From the NCBI GenBank assembly GCA_964454215.1, contig CAYVSU010000001.1, forward strand, positions 22,238-86,237: 64,000 nt of DNA, written 5' to 3'. Position numbers and translations under genes: made by a program. The DNA comes from an uncultured Oscillospiraceae bacterium. Its GTDB lineage: Bacteria > Bacillota > Clostridia > Oscillospirales > Oscillospiraceae. Under the pieces are notes generated by a model. The model had not been told where the DNA came from. It did not search any database and saw nothing but the letters and a program-made list of their open reading frames with translations. The stretch's first letter is position 1. The number at the start of each line of letters is the position of its first letter. Shown here one piece after another: positions 52,429-63,313 of this stretch.

Positions 52429-53524
52429 CGTCAAAATCGTCTGCGCTCACTGCAACGGGTTTGGTGGCTGCTTTTGCGGCTGCTTTGGGTTGCACGGAAG
52501 TGACCCGCAGAAGATTCTCACGCACCTTTGCCTCCACTTCCTCGGCAACATCAGGATTGGCCATCAGATAATCCTTAACGGAGTTTACACCCTGGCCGAT
52601 CCGTTCGTCTCCCATACTAAACCAGCTGCCGCTCTTCTGAACGATGTCCATCTGAACCGCCAGATCCACCAGTTCACCCCACTTGCTGATACCCTGGCCG
52701 TACATAATATCAAAATAGGCCTCCCGGAACGGGGGTGCTACTTTGTTTTTGACTACCTTAACGCGGGTCTTGTTACCGATAACATTGCCGCCTTCTTTAA
52801 TGGATTCCGTGCGACGGACGTCCAGACGAACGGAAGAATAAAACTTCAGTGCATTGCCGCCAGTGGTAGTTTCAGGGTTACCGTACATCACACCGATCTT
52901 CATACGCAGCTGGTTGATGAAGATAACAACGCAGTTGGTCTTGGAAATAGTGCCGGCCAGCTTGCGCAATGCCTGACTCATCATACGGGCCTGCAAACCC
53001 ACAAAAGTGTCACCCATCTCGCCCTCGATTTCCTGCTTGGGAACCAAAGCGGCGACTGAGTCAACGACCACGGCATCCACTGCACCGGAACGGAACAGCG
53101 CATCTGTAATTTCCAGTGCCTGCTCGCCTGTATCCGGCTGTGAAACCAGCATACTGTCAGTATCCACGCCCAGCGCGGCAGCATAAACCGGATCCAAGGC
53201 GTGTTCCGCGTCCACAAAAGCAACTTCGCCGCCCATCTTCTGAGCCTCAGCCAAAATATGCAGAGCCAGCGTGGTCTTGCCGGAGGATTCCGGTCCGTAG
53301 ATCTCAATAATGCGCCCCTTGGGAACACCGCCAATACCCAACGCCGCATCCAGCGCAAGGCTGCCGGTAGGGATGGCATCAACCTGCATATCTGTTCTGT
53401 CGCCCAGACGCATAACCGTTCCCTTGCCAAAATTCTTTTCGATCTGTGCCAGAGCGGTCTGTAAAGCTTTCTTCTTATCGGATGCGGGGGTAGGAGCTTC
53501 GTAAGCAGTCTTTTTCGTGGCCAT
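52418..53524 (-). CDS. recA: Recombinase A
   Basis: [23 protein letters not shown]. Confidence 0.98.
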   Translation of the reverse strand: MATKKTAYEAPTPASDKKKALQTALAQIEKNFGKGTVMRLGDRTDMQVDAIPTGSLALDAALGIGGVPKGRIIEIYGPESSGKTTLALHILAEAQKMGGEVAFVDAEHALDPVYAAALGVDTDSMLVSQPDTGEQALEITDALFRSGAVDAVVVDSVAALVPKQEIEGEMGDTFVGLQARMMSQALRKLAGTISKTNCVVIFINQLRMKIGVMYGNPETTTGGNALKFYSSVRLDVRRTESIKEGGNVIGNKTRVKVVKNKVAPPFREAYFDIMYGQGISKWGELVDLAVQMDIVQKSGSWFSMGDERIGQGVNSVKDYLMANPDVAEEVEAKVRENLLRVTSVQPKAAAKAATKPVAVSADDFDDED

Positions 53525-53526
53525 AG

Positions 53527-54402
53527 TTAATCTTCCTTCCTGCGGAGCTGCGCAATGCAGGCTCTCTCTGTATGATTATAATCTCTGGAACGTTCCAGAA
53601 TGGTATACCCATTAGTTTCCAGCAACGCACAAACTGCGTCACCCTGTTCTTCGCCAAATTCAAAGCACATAAAGCCACCGGGCTTCAGACATTCGGTATA
53701 GTTTGCAATAATGGATCGATAGAAATCTAAGCCGTCTTGACCGCCGTGTAGTGCCAAATGCGGCTCATAATCCTTGACGCTGATAGGCAGAGTTTCCATT
53801 TCTTCCGTTGTAACATAAGGTGGATTGGAAACGATCAGATCAAATTTTCCAAGAAACGGATCGGGTGTTGACATAGCATCGACCTGCAGACAGGTCGCTC
53901 TGCGTGCCAAACCGTTGCTGATGGCATTCTTTCTGGCAACAGCCAAAGCGTCCTTTGATATATCAGCCAAAGTCACTCTGGCATCTTTTACACGGTTGGC
54001 AATGGCAAGGCCAATGCAGCCAGAGCCAGTGCAAAGATCCAAAATACGGGGATTTTCCTTCAAAAACAGTGCTTTCTTAATCGCAAGCGCCGTAACCGCA
54101 CAAGTATCATCCCTTGGAATCAAAACATCTCGGTTAACAGTGAGCTTAACGCCGTAAAACTCCCACTCGCCCAAAATATAGGCCAGCGGTTCTCCTGCCA
54201 GCGCTCGCTTGACCAGCGAATCCATAGCATCGCATTCCGGATCGGAAACATACATTTCCCGGTCTGCAAGGACCTGCTCCGGTGTTTTTCCGGTGACAAT
54301 GCACACTAAACTCCGTGCCACCATACCGGCATACTGAGCATCTTCCTGGGCCATCAGCGCCTTGCGTGCGTCCAAGTAAAGCTGTGAGAGCTTCTTTACC
54401 AA
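53527..54402 (-). CDS. prmC: Release factor glutamine methyltransferase
   Basis: [24 protein letters not shown]. Confidence 0.94.
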   Translation of the reverse strand: MVKKLSQLYLDARKALMAQEDAQYAGMVARSLVCIVTGKTPEQVLADREMYVSDPECDAMDSLVKRALAGEPLAYILGEWEFYGVKLTVNRDVLIPRDDTCAVTALAIKKALFLKENPRILDLCTGSGCIGLAIANRVKDARVTLADISKDALAVARKNAISNGLARRATCLQVDAMSTPDPFLGKFDLIVSNPPYVTTEEMETLPISVKDYEPHLALHGGQDGLDFYRSIIANYTECLKPGGFMCFEFGEEQGDAVCALLETNGYTILERSRDYNHTERACIAQLRRKED

Positions 54403-55403
54403 CGATCTGCCCCCTCTTCCTGAGGAAGAACTGCCTCAACTGCCGCTATGCCAACTTCGATCATGGAATCATCTGGCTCCACAGTGGTGAAATTTTGCAT
54501 CCACATTCCGGGAGCGGTAAGAATTTTTGTGAACCAGTTATCGTGACGACCTGCCCAACGGTTAATCTCATAGGTTACGGCAACCACCAAAGGCAGCAGA
54601 ATCAGCTTAAAGACGATCATAATCAGACGGTAAAGAAAACTGCCCTGAAGTGCTTTCAGGCCAGGGACCGCCGTTAGAAGCGCAGAAGATGCCACGCTGA
54701 ACACCAGTACGGAGATCACCATTACCACAAGCAGAAAGCTGGTTCCGCAGCGCGGATGCAGCCGGGTCTGCTGACGGACGTTTTCCACTGTCAATGGCAT
54801 ACCGGCTTCATAGCAGCGGATAGTCTTATGCTCTGCACCGTGATATGAGAATACGCGTCTCATTTCCTTCATTCTGGAAACTAAAATCATATACACTATA
54901 AAAATGATGATTCGGATCATACCTTCCACCAGGTTCAGTGCTAAAGTAGTTGTCAGCCAATGGTCCAGAAAACTGCCAATAACCATCGGCAACAGGAAAA
55001 ACAGACCGATGGACATTGCAAGACCCAAAAAAACAGCGAAGCCGATGACAACTTTTTGGAACTTTTCATTGCCCAGTTTCTTTTCCAGCCACTGACCCAA
55101 CTTGGATGGCTCTGCGCCGGAGTCAGAATCCTCAGGTTGCAGATCGGCCGATTTCATCAGTGCCTTCACACCAACCACCTGAGAATCAAAGAAATTAACG
55201 GCGCCGCGAATTAAGGGCCAGGTTGCAAAGGAGCCTTTATTCCGAACCTTTCTGTCATTCACCTCAATTTGAATGCCATCCTTAGTGCGGATAGCGATGG
55301 CGTCTTTTTCGGGACCGCGCATCATAATGCCCTCAATCAGGGCCTGACCACCAATGCTGGTTTTGAACTTCTCGCAGCAGGGCTGGTTTTTCTTCTCTTT
55401 CAT
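54396..55403 (-). CDS. DUF1385 family protein
   Basis: IGGQALIEGIMM, YHGAEHK, HPRCGTSF. Confidence 0.92.
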   Translation of the reverse strand: MKEKKNQPCCEKFKTSIGGQALIEGIMMRGPEKDAIAIRTKDGIQIEVNDRKVRNKGSFATWPLIRGAVNFFDSQVVGVKALMKSADLQPEDSDSGAEPSKLGQWLEKKLGNEKFQKVVIGFAVFLGLAMSIGLFFLLPMVIGSFLDHWLTTTLALNLVEGMIRIIIFIVYMILVSRMKEMRRVFSYHGAEHKTIRCYEAGMPLTVENVRQQTRLHPRCGTSFLLVVMVISVLVFSVASSALLTAVPGLKALQGSFLYRLIMIVFKLILLPLVVAVTYEINRWAGRHDNWFTKILTAPGMWMQNFTTVEPDDSMIEVGIAAVEAVLPQEEGADRW

Positions 55404-55416
55404 AGGGTATCCTTTC

Positions 55417-56826
55417 TTACTGAGCAGCGGGCAAGCAGATTGTAACCAATGTGCCACCGCCCTCTGCATTTTCAAGGGTAAGTGTGCCGTTATGCAACTG
55501 AACCAGCTCATCACTGACAGCAAGTCCGATGCCGGTACCGCGAGCTTTGGAACTTCCTTTGTAGAATTTGTGCTTTACCAAAGGCAACTCATCCTCCGGA
55601 ATACCGGGACCGTAGTCTCGAACCTGCAAAATGACACTATTTTTTTCCATTGAAATGGAAGCTGTGATTTTTTTGCCCTCGCCGCCGTGTTTGGCTGCGT
55701 TATCCAAAATATTCAGGAAGACCTGACGCAACCGTTCCGGATCGCAGGTAATTTCCGGAATATCATCGTCCCGGTCCAAATATTCCAGCTTGATGCCTTC
55801 CTGGGAAAGACGGCTGGAATACATATATACGGTATCTTCAAACTCACTGCGAATGTCAGCAGTCTGCATATTTAATGTCATTCTGCCGTCTTGAATTCGG
55901 GTAAAATCCAAAAGCTCAACCACCATATCCGTCAAACGCTTGGTCTCACGCAGAATAATATTCATTCCACGAAGCGTTTCCGGATCCAAATTCTCATTCA
56001 AAAGAAGCGTCTCGCTCCAACCGTTGATGGCGGTCAGCGGCGTCCGCAATTCGTGGGACAGAGATGAGATGAACTCACGCTGCATAATTTCGTTCTGACC
56101 GATCTGCACGGACATTTCATTGATGGTTTCTGCCAATTCTCCAATCTCATCTTTGTACTTAGCTTCAATTTGGATACCGTAACTACCATTGGCTATGCGC
56201 TTTGCCTTTTCTGTAATTTGCTTTACCGGTGCCAAAATGGAATGAATGTAGTAGTTACTGCTGATGATCACAACCAGCATTACAAACAGCAAAACGCCGA
56301 GAGAGTACAAAAAAATCCTTACAATGTGCAGATCCAGCATTTTGGTCGAGGTAACATAGCGCAGAACGCCGATCACCTCACCGCTGGTGTAAATCATTGG
56401 GCTGGAAACAGCAATAATGCGCTCTTTAGTGAAGGGATCGTTGCCAATATAGGTGCTGATCTGGCGCGTATTCAATGCATCGGTAATATCCTTTGTAGTG
56501 GGATTCTGGCCGGACCAATGACCGTAGGAGGATGCAACCAATTTGCCGTCCATATCAATGAATTGCAGCTCAATGATGTTCTTATCATCAAAGTTATTTG
56601 CATAGGTTACGCAGGACTGATAGTAGGCATCATAGCTTTGATTGATATATTCCTCGAAGAAATCCGTTGTGGTCCTGGCTCTGTAGCGCAGATCGGACTC
56701 CATGCTGGAATAGTAATATGCGTAGAACACCACGGTAACCACCAAAACGCAGACGATCCCCAAGGCGAGAACAACACCTGCTGTGTTTAAAAGCCAACGT
56801 TTTCGCAGTCCCCCAATTTTTTTCAT
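55417..56826 (-). CDS. HAMP-domain sensor histidine kinase
   Basis: Two TM helices, HAMP, SHELRTPLT, DNAAK, GTGIGL. Confidence 0.94.
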   Translation of the reverse strand: MKKIGGLRKRWLLNTAGVVLALGIVCVLVVTVVFYAYYYSSMESDLRYRARTTTDFFEEYINQSYDAYYQSCVTYANNFDDKNIIELQFIDMDGKLVASSYGHWSGQNPTTKDITDALNTRQISTYIGNDPFTKERIIAVSSPMIYTSGEVIGVLRYVTSTKMLDLHIVRIFLYSLGVLLFVMLVVIISSNYYIHSILAPVKQITEKAKRIANGSYGIQIEAKYKDEIGELAETINEMSVQIGQNEIMQREFISSLSHELRTPLTAINGWSETLLLNENLDPETLRGMNIILRETKRLTDMVVELLDFTRIQDGRMTLNMQTADIRSEFEDTVYMYSSRLSQEGIKLEYLDRDDDIPEITCDPERLRQVFLNILDNAAKHGGEGKKITASISMEKNSVILQVRDYGPGIPEDELPLVKHKFYKGSSKARGTGIGLAVSDELVQLHNGTLTLENAEGGGTLVTICLPAAQ

Positions 56827-56847
56827 TCCTGTTTCACCCCTGTGGCG

Positions 56848-57534
56848 TTAGATCCCCCACTTGTATCCAAACCCCCACACCGTTGTAATATAGGTCGGTG
56901 TAGTTGCGTCATCCTCAATTTTAATGCGAAGCCGACGGATATTTACATCCACGATCTTCAGCTCACCTTCATATTCCCTGCCCCATACCGCACAAAGAAT
57001 ATCCTCTCGTGATAAAGCACGGCCAGGGTTCTGCATAAACAGCTTCAGAATCGCATATTCCACCTGTGTCAGGCGGATGCGGTTGCCGTTCTTTTCCAAG
57101 GTATGGTTCCTGGTGTTCATCACAAAGGGTTCCTGTAACAGCAATTCGCCGTTGCCGTTACTGTCACCGCCCAAACGGCGGAAAAGGGCATCAATGCGGG
57201 CAGTCAACTCTGCAGGAGAAAAAGGTTTGGTAACATAGTCATCTGCGCCATTCATCAGACCCGTTACCTTGTCCATTTCCTGTGTACGGGCTGTGAGCAT
57301 AATCACGCCGATCTGCTTGCTGGCCGCGCGAATACGACGGCAGACTTCGAAGCCGTCGATATCCGGAAGCATAATATCCAGAATGGCAACGCCGACATCT
57401 GGGTTTTGCTGCAGCTTCTGCAATGCCTCTTCACCAGTGCCTGCCTCAATGACATCATAGCCTGCTCGCTTGAGATTGATGACAACAAAGCTGCGAATAT
57501 TGATTTCATCTTCAAGAATCAGTACTTTTTTCAT
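56848..57534 (-). CDS. OmpR-family response regulator
   Basis: ILED, LDIMLP, GADDYVTKPF, TVWGFGY. Confidence 0.95.
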   Translation of the reverse strand: MKKVLILEDEINIRSFVVINLKRAGYDVIEAGTGEEALQKLQQNPDVGVAILDIMLPDIDGFEVCRRIRAASKQIGVIMLTARTQEMDKVTGLMNGADDYVTKPFSPAELTARIDALFRRLGGDSNGNGELLLQEPFVMNTRNHTLEKNGNRIRLTQVEYAILKLFMQNPGRALSREDILCAVWGREYEGELKIVDVNIRRLRIKIEDDATTPTYITTVWGFGYKWGI

Positions 57535-57548
57535 TTCCCTATCTCCTT

Positions 57549-58871
57549 TTACGGCTCGCCAGTCTTCCAATCCTCCAAAATCAGATGGAAGCTGTTGATG
57601 AGACCTTCTTTTGTAATGTTATAATTGGCGGAAGCAGTTTCCAAATCTACAGCATAAACAGCCGATTGCGACCTGTAAAGAACAATTCGATTATTGACCG
57701 CTGCTTGCTCTTCCCGGTTTTGTCCGGTCAGAACATACAGTGTCATTACCTTTTCACTTTCGGAATAATCTGCATTCCAAACACTGAAGATATAGGTATT
57801 ACCCTGCTGTTGTACGAGTACACGACTAGGCACCTGAGTGTCCAGCTGCAGATACCAGCCGCCGATGAAATTGTGGAAGGTATACACCTTATCCGTTTCT
57901 TTGCCCTCTGAATCCATAGTATACCACCGGATCAGGTGCTGATTGTCAGCGCCGGTAGCATCTTCTGGCAAAACCATTCGAATCAGACTTGGAAGCTCCA
58001 AAGTGCCGTCGTTATCAATATCATCCGCAAAAACATAATAATTCCGAAGGGTTTGCACGCTGGTACCGGAATCATTGGAAAGCGTAACATTGACAAAGTT
58101 GCCGTCATTCAAAGCAAAGACATCCGTAATAATAGCGCTGGAACCTACCGCACTGGCAACATAAACAGCCGGTGTGCCGTCGTTTAGTTTACTGATCATA
58201 ATCCGTTTGATGTTGTCTACCGGTTCGGACATCGAAACCTCCACGGACCGCTCAATGGTGCCCTGGCGGGCACTGTAGAGTTCTGCAACACCGTTTATGT
58301 CGCCTGCATTACCAGGGCGAAGAACAAGTAATTCGGAGATCCTGTCGCCATTCAGATCCGGGCAAACAAATTTAGAATAGTTTGTGGTGACCATATGCTC
58401 GACAAGGCCTTTATCCATAGAGTAGACAGAAACAGAACGAAGTACCTGATCACTGACTTGACGGCCAACCACCATTTCATAACCGCCACTGTTATTCAGG
58501 TCGACATATTCAATCTGTTCAAAAGCAGTTCCAGTGCTCTCAATGGTTTCCACCAGGGAGTACTCATCATCGTAACCCGAAAAGATCAGTATTTTCAGCG
58601 GTTTATCGCCGTTACCGATGGCAAAAACGATGTACTCTACTTCTCCATCACCGTCCAAATCAGCTATCTGTACGGTTTGACGGTTATCACCGGAAACAGG
58701 AGCGCAGTAATTCAGACCCGACATATACTTGTCAATCTGAGACTGGATATTGGTATAGGTCTTCGACCGCTTCGGCAAAGAATATAGTTCGTCAACGGTG
58801 CGCATATTACAGCCGGAAAGAGCGAGAACTGCCGTGACCAGCATAAGTAATATGCATATCTTTTTTTTCAC
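57549..58871 (-). CDS. Lipoprotein with FG-GAP/VCBS-like DxDGDG repeats
   Basis: Lipobox LSGC; DLDGDG, DLNNSG, DLNGD, DIDNDG; promoter TTGGCA-17-TATAAT at 58899-58927. Confidence 0.8.
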   Translation of the reverse strand: MKKKICILLMLVTAVLALSGCNMRTVDELYSLPKRSKTYTNIQSQIDKYMSGLNYCAPVSGDNRQTVQIADLDGDGEVEYIVFAIGNGDKPLKILIFSGYDDEYSLVETIESTGTAFEQIEYVDLNNSGGYEMVVGRQVSDQVLRSVSVYSMDKGLVEHMVTTNYSKFVCPDLNGDRISELLVLRPGNAGDINGVAELYSARQGTIERSVEVSMSEPVDNIKRIMISKLNDGTPAVYVASAVGSSAIITDVFALNDGNFVNVTLSNDSGTSVQTLRNYYVFADDIDNDGTLELPSLIRMVLPEDATGADNQHLIRWYTMDSEGKETDKVYTFHNFIGGWYLQLDTQVPSRVLVQQQGNTYIFSVWNADYSESEKVMTLYVLTGQNREEQAAVNNRIVLYRSQSAVYAVDLETASANYNITKEGLINSFHLILEDWKTGEP

Positions 58872-58928
58872 TGCATTCTCACCCCTTTCGATCAATTTAT
58901 TATAGCACAGATTTTCGAAAATGCCAAG

Positions 58929-61900
58929 CTATTTCAGCACAACATTTTGGCTGCCTAAAAGATTTTTAAGTTCCTGAAGCATCACATCGTCCAATTTTGC
59001 CTGTGTACCCCGACGCAACCGGGTGTCCGCAAAGAAGATCACCACTTTTGTTTCACCTGGGAACATACCCAGGATCGCCTTAACCTTGCGGTAGCGAGGG
59101 TCAGACTCACCGCTAAGCTGAAGGTACAGGGTCTGCGGCACAGCTGATTTTGGCACAACATTCATAACAGAGACCGGCTCGGAAAAATCGGAAATCGGTC
59201 TTGCCCGATTGATCACGATTTGGGGTTCCTTGTCGTCACGAATGGAAAGCCTGCCGGTGATGACCACAGGGCTGTTTTCCCGCAGATAGCCGCCATACTG
59301 GGAAAGCACATTGGAAAATGCCAGCATTTCGATGGATGCGGTATCATCCTCAACAGTTACATAGGCCATCATGGAGTTGTTTCGGGTAGTCTTCATTTTT
59401 ACATTCTGTACGATACCGGCAATGCTTACAATAGCGTCATCCTGATATGGATGCTCTTCATCCATCAGTTCGCCGATGGGAACAACGCGGGAATTCTTTA
59501 AATAGGGGCGGTAGTCGTCCATCGGATGACCGGAAAGGTAAATGCCTGTGGTTTCCTTCTCCATTGCCATCAAGTCTGCACGACTCAATTCGGCCAGTTT
59601 CGGAATCACAATACCGGCGGATTTGTCGTCATCATCCAGCATAGAGAATAGCCCCAGCTGACCCTCCAGATTTTTCTTCCTGGTTATGGCAACGGTATCC
59701 ATCATACTGTCGTAAACTGCAAGGAGTTCGCTGCGGTGGTATCCAAAACAGTCCATTGCACCGCATTTGATGAAGTTTTCTACGGCTCGCTTGTTCAGCT
59801 CGCCCTCTCCCATTCGTTGCAGAAAATCTTCCAGAGATTTGAACGGACCATCTTCCACCCTTTTTGCAGCCATACTGCGGATCAAACCACGGCCGACATT
59901 TTTAACTGCACCCAAACCGAAGCGAATGGCATTCCCTTCAACCGTGAAATAATCTTCAGAATGATTGATATCTGGAGGGAGGGTTTCGATACCAAGTTCC
60001 TTGCATTCCCGGATATAGCCGGAGATCTTCATCGCAGAATCCAGCACAGAGGTCATCAGTGCCGCCATATACTCCCTGGGGTAGTGGCACTTAAGGTAAG
60101 CCGTTTGGTAGGATACAACGGCGTAGCAGACAGCGTGGGCCTTGTTAAAGGCATAGTTGGCAAAGTCAACGATCTCGTCATAGATAGACTGTGCCACAGA
60201 TTCCGGCACACCGTGACCAATACAACCGGTAATTCCCTGCTTCGGATCGCCGTAAACAAACACCCTGCGCTCCGACTCGATGACTTTCATCTTCTTCTTG
60301 GAAATTGCCCGCCGGATATTATCTGCCTGTCCCATTGTATAGCCACCGAGACTACGGAATATCTCGATCACCTGCTCTTGGTAGACGATACAGCCGTAGG
60401 TGACCCTCAGAATCGGCTCCAAAAGCGGCGTTTTATAAGTGATTTTCCGGTGATCCAGCTTATTGGCAATAAATCTGGGTATGGAATCCATAGGACCGGG
60501 GCGATACAATGCCACGATCGCAGTCAGATCTTCGATGGAAGTGGGTTTCATATTGATGCAAACGCCGGTAATGCCAGCGGATTCCAGCTGAAAGACGCCC
60601 TGAGTTTTGCCTTCTGCTAACATTGCAAAAGTTTCAGGATCGTCATCACGAACCTTCGCAATATCAAAATCCGGGTGCTTCTTCCGAATCTCCTGCTGTG
60701 CCTGTTCAATGACAGTCAAATTTCGAAGGCCCAAGAAATCCATTTTCAGAAGACCAAGCTCCTCAATGGTGGTCATTGTGTACTGGGTAACGATGGTATC
60801 ATCGTTTTTGGAAAGAGGCACATAGCTGCAAACGGGATCTGCAGTTATGACAACACCGGCGGCGTGGGTGGAGGTGTTTCTTGGCATACCCTCCAGGCCG
60901 CGGGCTGCATCGATTAACTTCCGCACCCGTTCGTCCTCATCGTACATTGCTTTCAACTGGGGAGATGTTTTCAGGGCCTCGTCCAGGGTAATATGCAATG
61001 TGTTTGGAACGGCTTTTGCAACCACATCTGCTTCTGCGTACGTGAAGTTCATCGCTCTTGCCACATCACGGATAGCACCACGGGCTGCCATTGTTCCAAA
61101 TGTGGCGATCTGCGCTACGTGATCATCGCCGTACTTACGGGTTACATACTCAATGACTTCTCCCCTGCGTTCCTGGCAGAAGTCCGTATCAAAATCAGGC
61201 ATACTGACCCGCTCCGGATTCAGAAAACGCTCGAAAATAAGAGCATACTTCATAGGATCCACTTCCGTAATATGCATACAGTAGGCAACAATGGAAGCAG
61301 CACCGGATCCACGTCCCGGACCCACAGGAATTCCCTGCTCCTTGGCATAACGGATGAAATCCCAAACGATCAGATAATAGTTGACATATCCCATACGGCT
61401 GATAACACCGATTTCGTATTCCAGCCGTTCCTTATAGCTTTCTGGAGGATCGGCATATCGCTCAGTAAAACCGTCATAGCACAGTTTTCTGAAATATGCC
61501 TCGTTGGTATATCCATCCGGTACAGGAAAAGACGGCAGATGATACTCATTGAAAACAAATTCCAAATTGCACATATCTGCAATTTTCACTGTGTTTTCAA
61601 ATGCTTCGTCGCAGTTGGGGAACAATTGACGCAGTTCCGCTTCACTTTTTAGGTAAAATTCATCGGTTTCAAACTCAAACTTTCGGTTGGGGTCATCCAG
61701 TGTTGTTCCGGTCTGCACGCACAGCAATACATCCTGCATTTGTGCGTCTTCCTTGCGCAGGTAGTGGGCATCATTGGTAACCACAAGCGGAAGTCCGGTT
61801 TCCCGGGCCAGCCGCATAATGCCCTGATTAACAGCCTGCTGCTTATCGATACCGTGATCCTGCATTTCCAGATAGAAGTGTTCCGGCCCAAAAATGTTCG

Positions 61901-62384
61901 ACAGGCGCAAAGCATACGCCTTAGCAGCATCATAATCCGATTCCATTAAATATTGAGGCACTGCACCGGCAAGACAGGCAGATAGAGCGATCAATCCCTC
62001 GTGATACTGTTCAAGGAGCGCAAGATCCACTCTGGGTCGTCCGTAAAAGCCTCGTGTAAAGCCTTCCGAAACCAAATAGCAAAGGTTTTCGTAGCCCTTG
62101 CGGTTTTTACAAAGAAGCACCAGGTGATATGGCTTATTGTCGATACCGTGAACACGGTCTTCCATACCTCGGCGGGCAACATAAATCTCACAGCCGATGA
62201 TCGGTTTGACACCGGCAGATTTTGCTGCTTTGTAAAAATCAATACAGCCATACATAACACCGTGGTCTGTGATGGCGATGGAAGTTTGTCCCAGCTCCTT
62301 GACCCGGTCCATCATATCTTTGATCCGGCAAGCACCGTCCAAAAGGCTGTATTCACTATGCACGTGCAAATGTACAAAACTCAT
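58929..62384 (-). CDS. dnaE: DNA polymerase III alpha subunit
   Basis: HLHVHSEYSLLDG PHP domain, GPGRGS, PDFDTDF, YAFNKAH. Confidence 0.97.
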   Translation of the reverse strand: MSFVHLHVHSEYSLLDGACRIKDMMDRVKELGQTSIAITDHGVMYGCIDFYKAAKSAGVKPIIGCEIYVARRGMEDRVHGIDNKPYHLVLLCKNRKGYENLCYLVSEGFTRGFYGRPRVDLALLEQYHEGLIALSACLAGAVPQYLMESDYDAAKAYALRLSNIFGPEHFYLEMQDHGIDKQQAVNQGIMRLARETGLPLVVTNDAHYLRKEDAQMQDVLLCVQTGTTLDDPNRKFEFETDEFYLKSEAELRQLFPNCDEAFENTVKIADMCNLEFVFNEYHLPSFPVPDGYTNEAYFRKLCYDGFTERYADPPESYKERLEYEIGVISRMGYVNYYLIVWDFIRYAKEQGIPVGPGRGSGAASIVAYCMHITEVDPMKYALIFERFLNPERVSMPDFDTDFCQERRGEVIEYVTRKYGDDHVAQIATFGTMAARGAIRDVARAMNFTYAEADVVAKAVPNTLHITLDEALKTSPQLKAMYDEDERVRKLIDAARGLEGMPRNTSTHAAGVVITADPVCSYVPLSKNDDTIVTQYTMTTIEELGLLKMDFLGLRNLTVIEQAQQEIRKKHPDFDIAKVRDDDPETFAMLAEGKTQGVFQLESAGITGVCINMKPTSIEDLTAIVALYRPGPMDSIPRFIANKLDHRKITYKTPLLEPILRVTYGCIVYQEQVIEIFRSLGGYTMGQADNIRRAISKKKMKVIESERRVFVYGDPKQGITGCIGHGVPESVAQSIYDEIVDFANYAFNKAHAVCYAVVSYQTAYLKCHYPREYMAALMTSVLDSAMKISGYIRECKELGIETLPPDINHSEDYFTVEGNAIRFGLGAVKNVGRGLIRSMAAKRVEDGPFKSLEDFLQRMGEGELNKRAVENFIKCGAMDCFGYHRSELLAVYDSMMDTVAITRKKNLEGQLGLFSMLDDDDKSAGIVIPKLAELSRADLMAMEKETTGIYLSGHPMDDYRPYLKNSRVVPIGELMDEEHPYQDDAIVSIAGIVQNVKMKTTRNNSMMAYVTVEDDTASIEMLAFSNVLSQYGGYLRENSPVVITGRLSIRDDKEPQIVINRARPISDFSEPVSVMNVVPKSAVPQTLYLQLSGESDPRYRKVKAILGMFPGETKVVIFFADTRLRRGTQAKLDDVMLQELKNLLGSQNVVLK

Positions 62385-63295
62385 ACTACAGCCTCCTTTG
62401 CCAATTCCGTGAGTTTTTTCAATCGGTGATTCATTGCCGGCTTTGAGATGGGCGGTTCCATCATTGCCGCCAGCTCAGAAAGAGAGGATTCAGGATTCAT
62501 TTCCCGGGCAATCAATGCCTGATGCAGTTTTTTGGGAAGATGCTCAACCAAGCCCCTTTCCCGCAGGATACGAATGGATGCAAGCTGTTCCTGAGCGGCA
62601 TCCACCACCTTCGATGTGTTGGCCTCATCACAGTTGCAGCGCCGATTGACCTTGTTGTTCAGTTCCTTTTCCAGTTTTGCTTCCATAATACCCATTGCAG
62701 CTACCGGTGCACCAAGATAGGTTAGAAAATCAGATATCTGATCACTTTGCTTCAGATACAGAACCTGCCCACCGTTTCGACTGGCTGTTTTTGGGTAAAA
62801 AGACAGTACCTCCTGCATCAGCGTATAGGTTTCACGGGCAACACTGGTGTGGGTAGTGCTCAGTTCCAGGTGATAGCCTTTTTCCGGATCTGTTACTGAA
62901 CCGCCGGCAAGAAAGGCTCCCTTGAGAAATGCGCATTTGCAACAGTCATATTCTACGATCGGCAGGTTGACATGGAGCGCCAGAGTGTCCTGAACATTAA
63001 AACCAAAGGCATCCATAATCAATTCAATTTTTTCCGGATCATAAATTTGGAAAATCAGCTTACCCGGGGCTTCCAAACTAGGAAAACTATCGAATTCAAT
63101 GCCAAATGCCTTATGGAAAAGTTTGGGTAAAATATAGGCAAATTCCCGACTCTCCGTAACGATTTTCAGAGAATCAGAGCGGAACGTGTTACTGAACAGG
63201 AGAACGCCGAAGCATTGCGCCTGCGCACAGCAGGTTTTTGTGGGCACGGTACGGCAAACTTCCATTTTAGCCGAACCGGAAAACGATATTGCCAT
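62381..63295 (-). CDS. whiA: DNA-binding protein WhiA
   Basis: FLKGAFLAGGS..DP..GYHLE, NRRCNCDEAN, NHRLKKL. Confidence 0.93.
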   Translation of the reverse strand: MAISFSGSAKMEVCRTVPTKTCCAQAQCFGVLLFSNTFRSDSLKIVTESREFAYILPKLFHKAFGIEFDSFPSLEAPGKLIFQIYDPEKIELIMDAFGFNVQDTLALHVNLPIVEYDCCKCAFLKGAFLAGGSVTDPEKGYHLELSTTHTSVARETYTLMQEVLSFYPKTASRNGGQVLYLKQSDQISDFLTYLGAPVAAMGIMEAKLEKELNNKVNRRCNCDEANTSKVVDAAQEQLASIRILRERGLVEHLPKKLHQALIAREMNPESSLSELAAMMEPPISKPAMNHRLKKLTELAKEAVV

Positions 63296-63313
63296 TGCCG
63301 TACCTCCTTTTCA

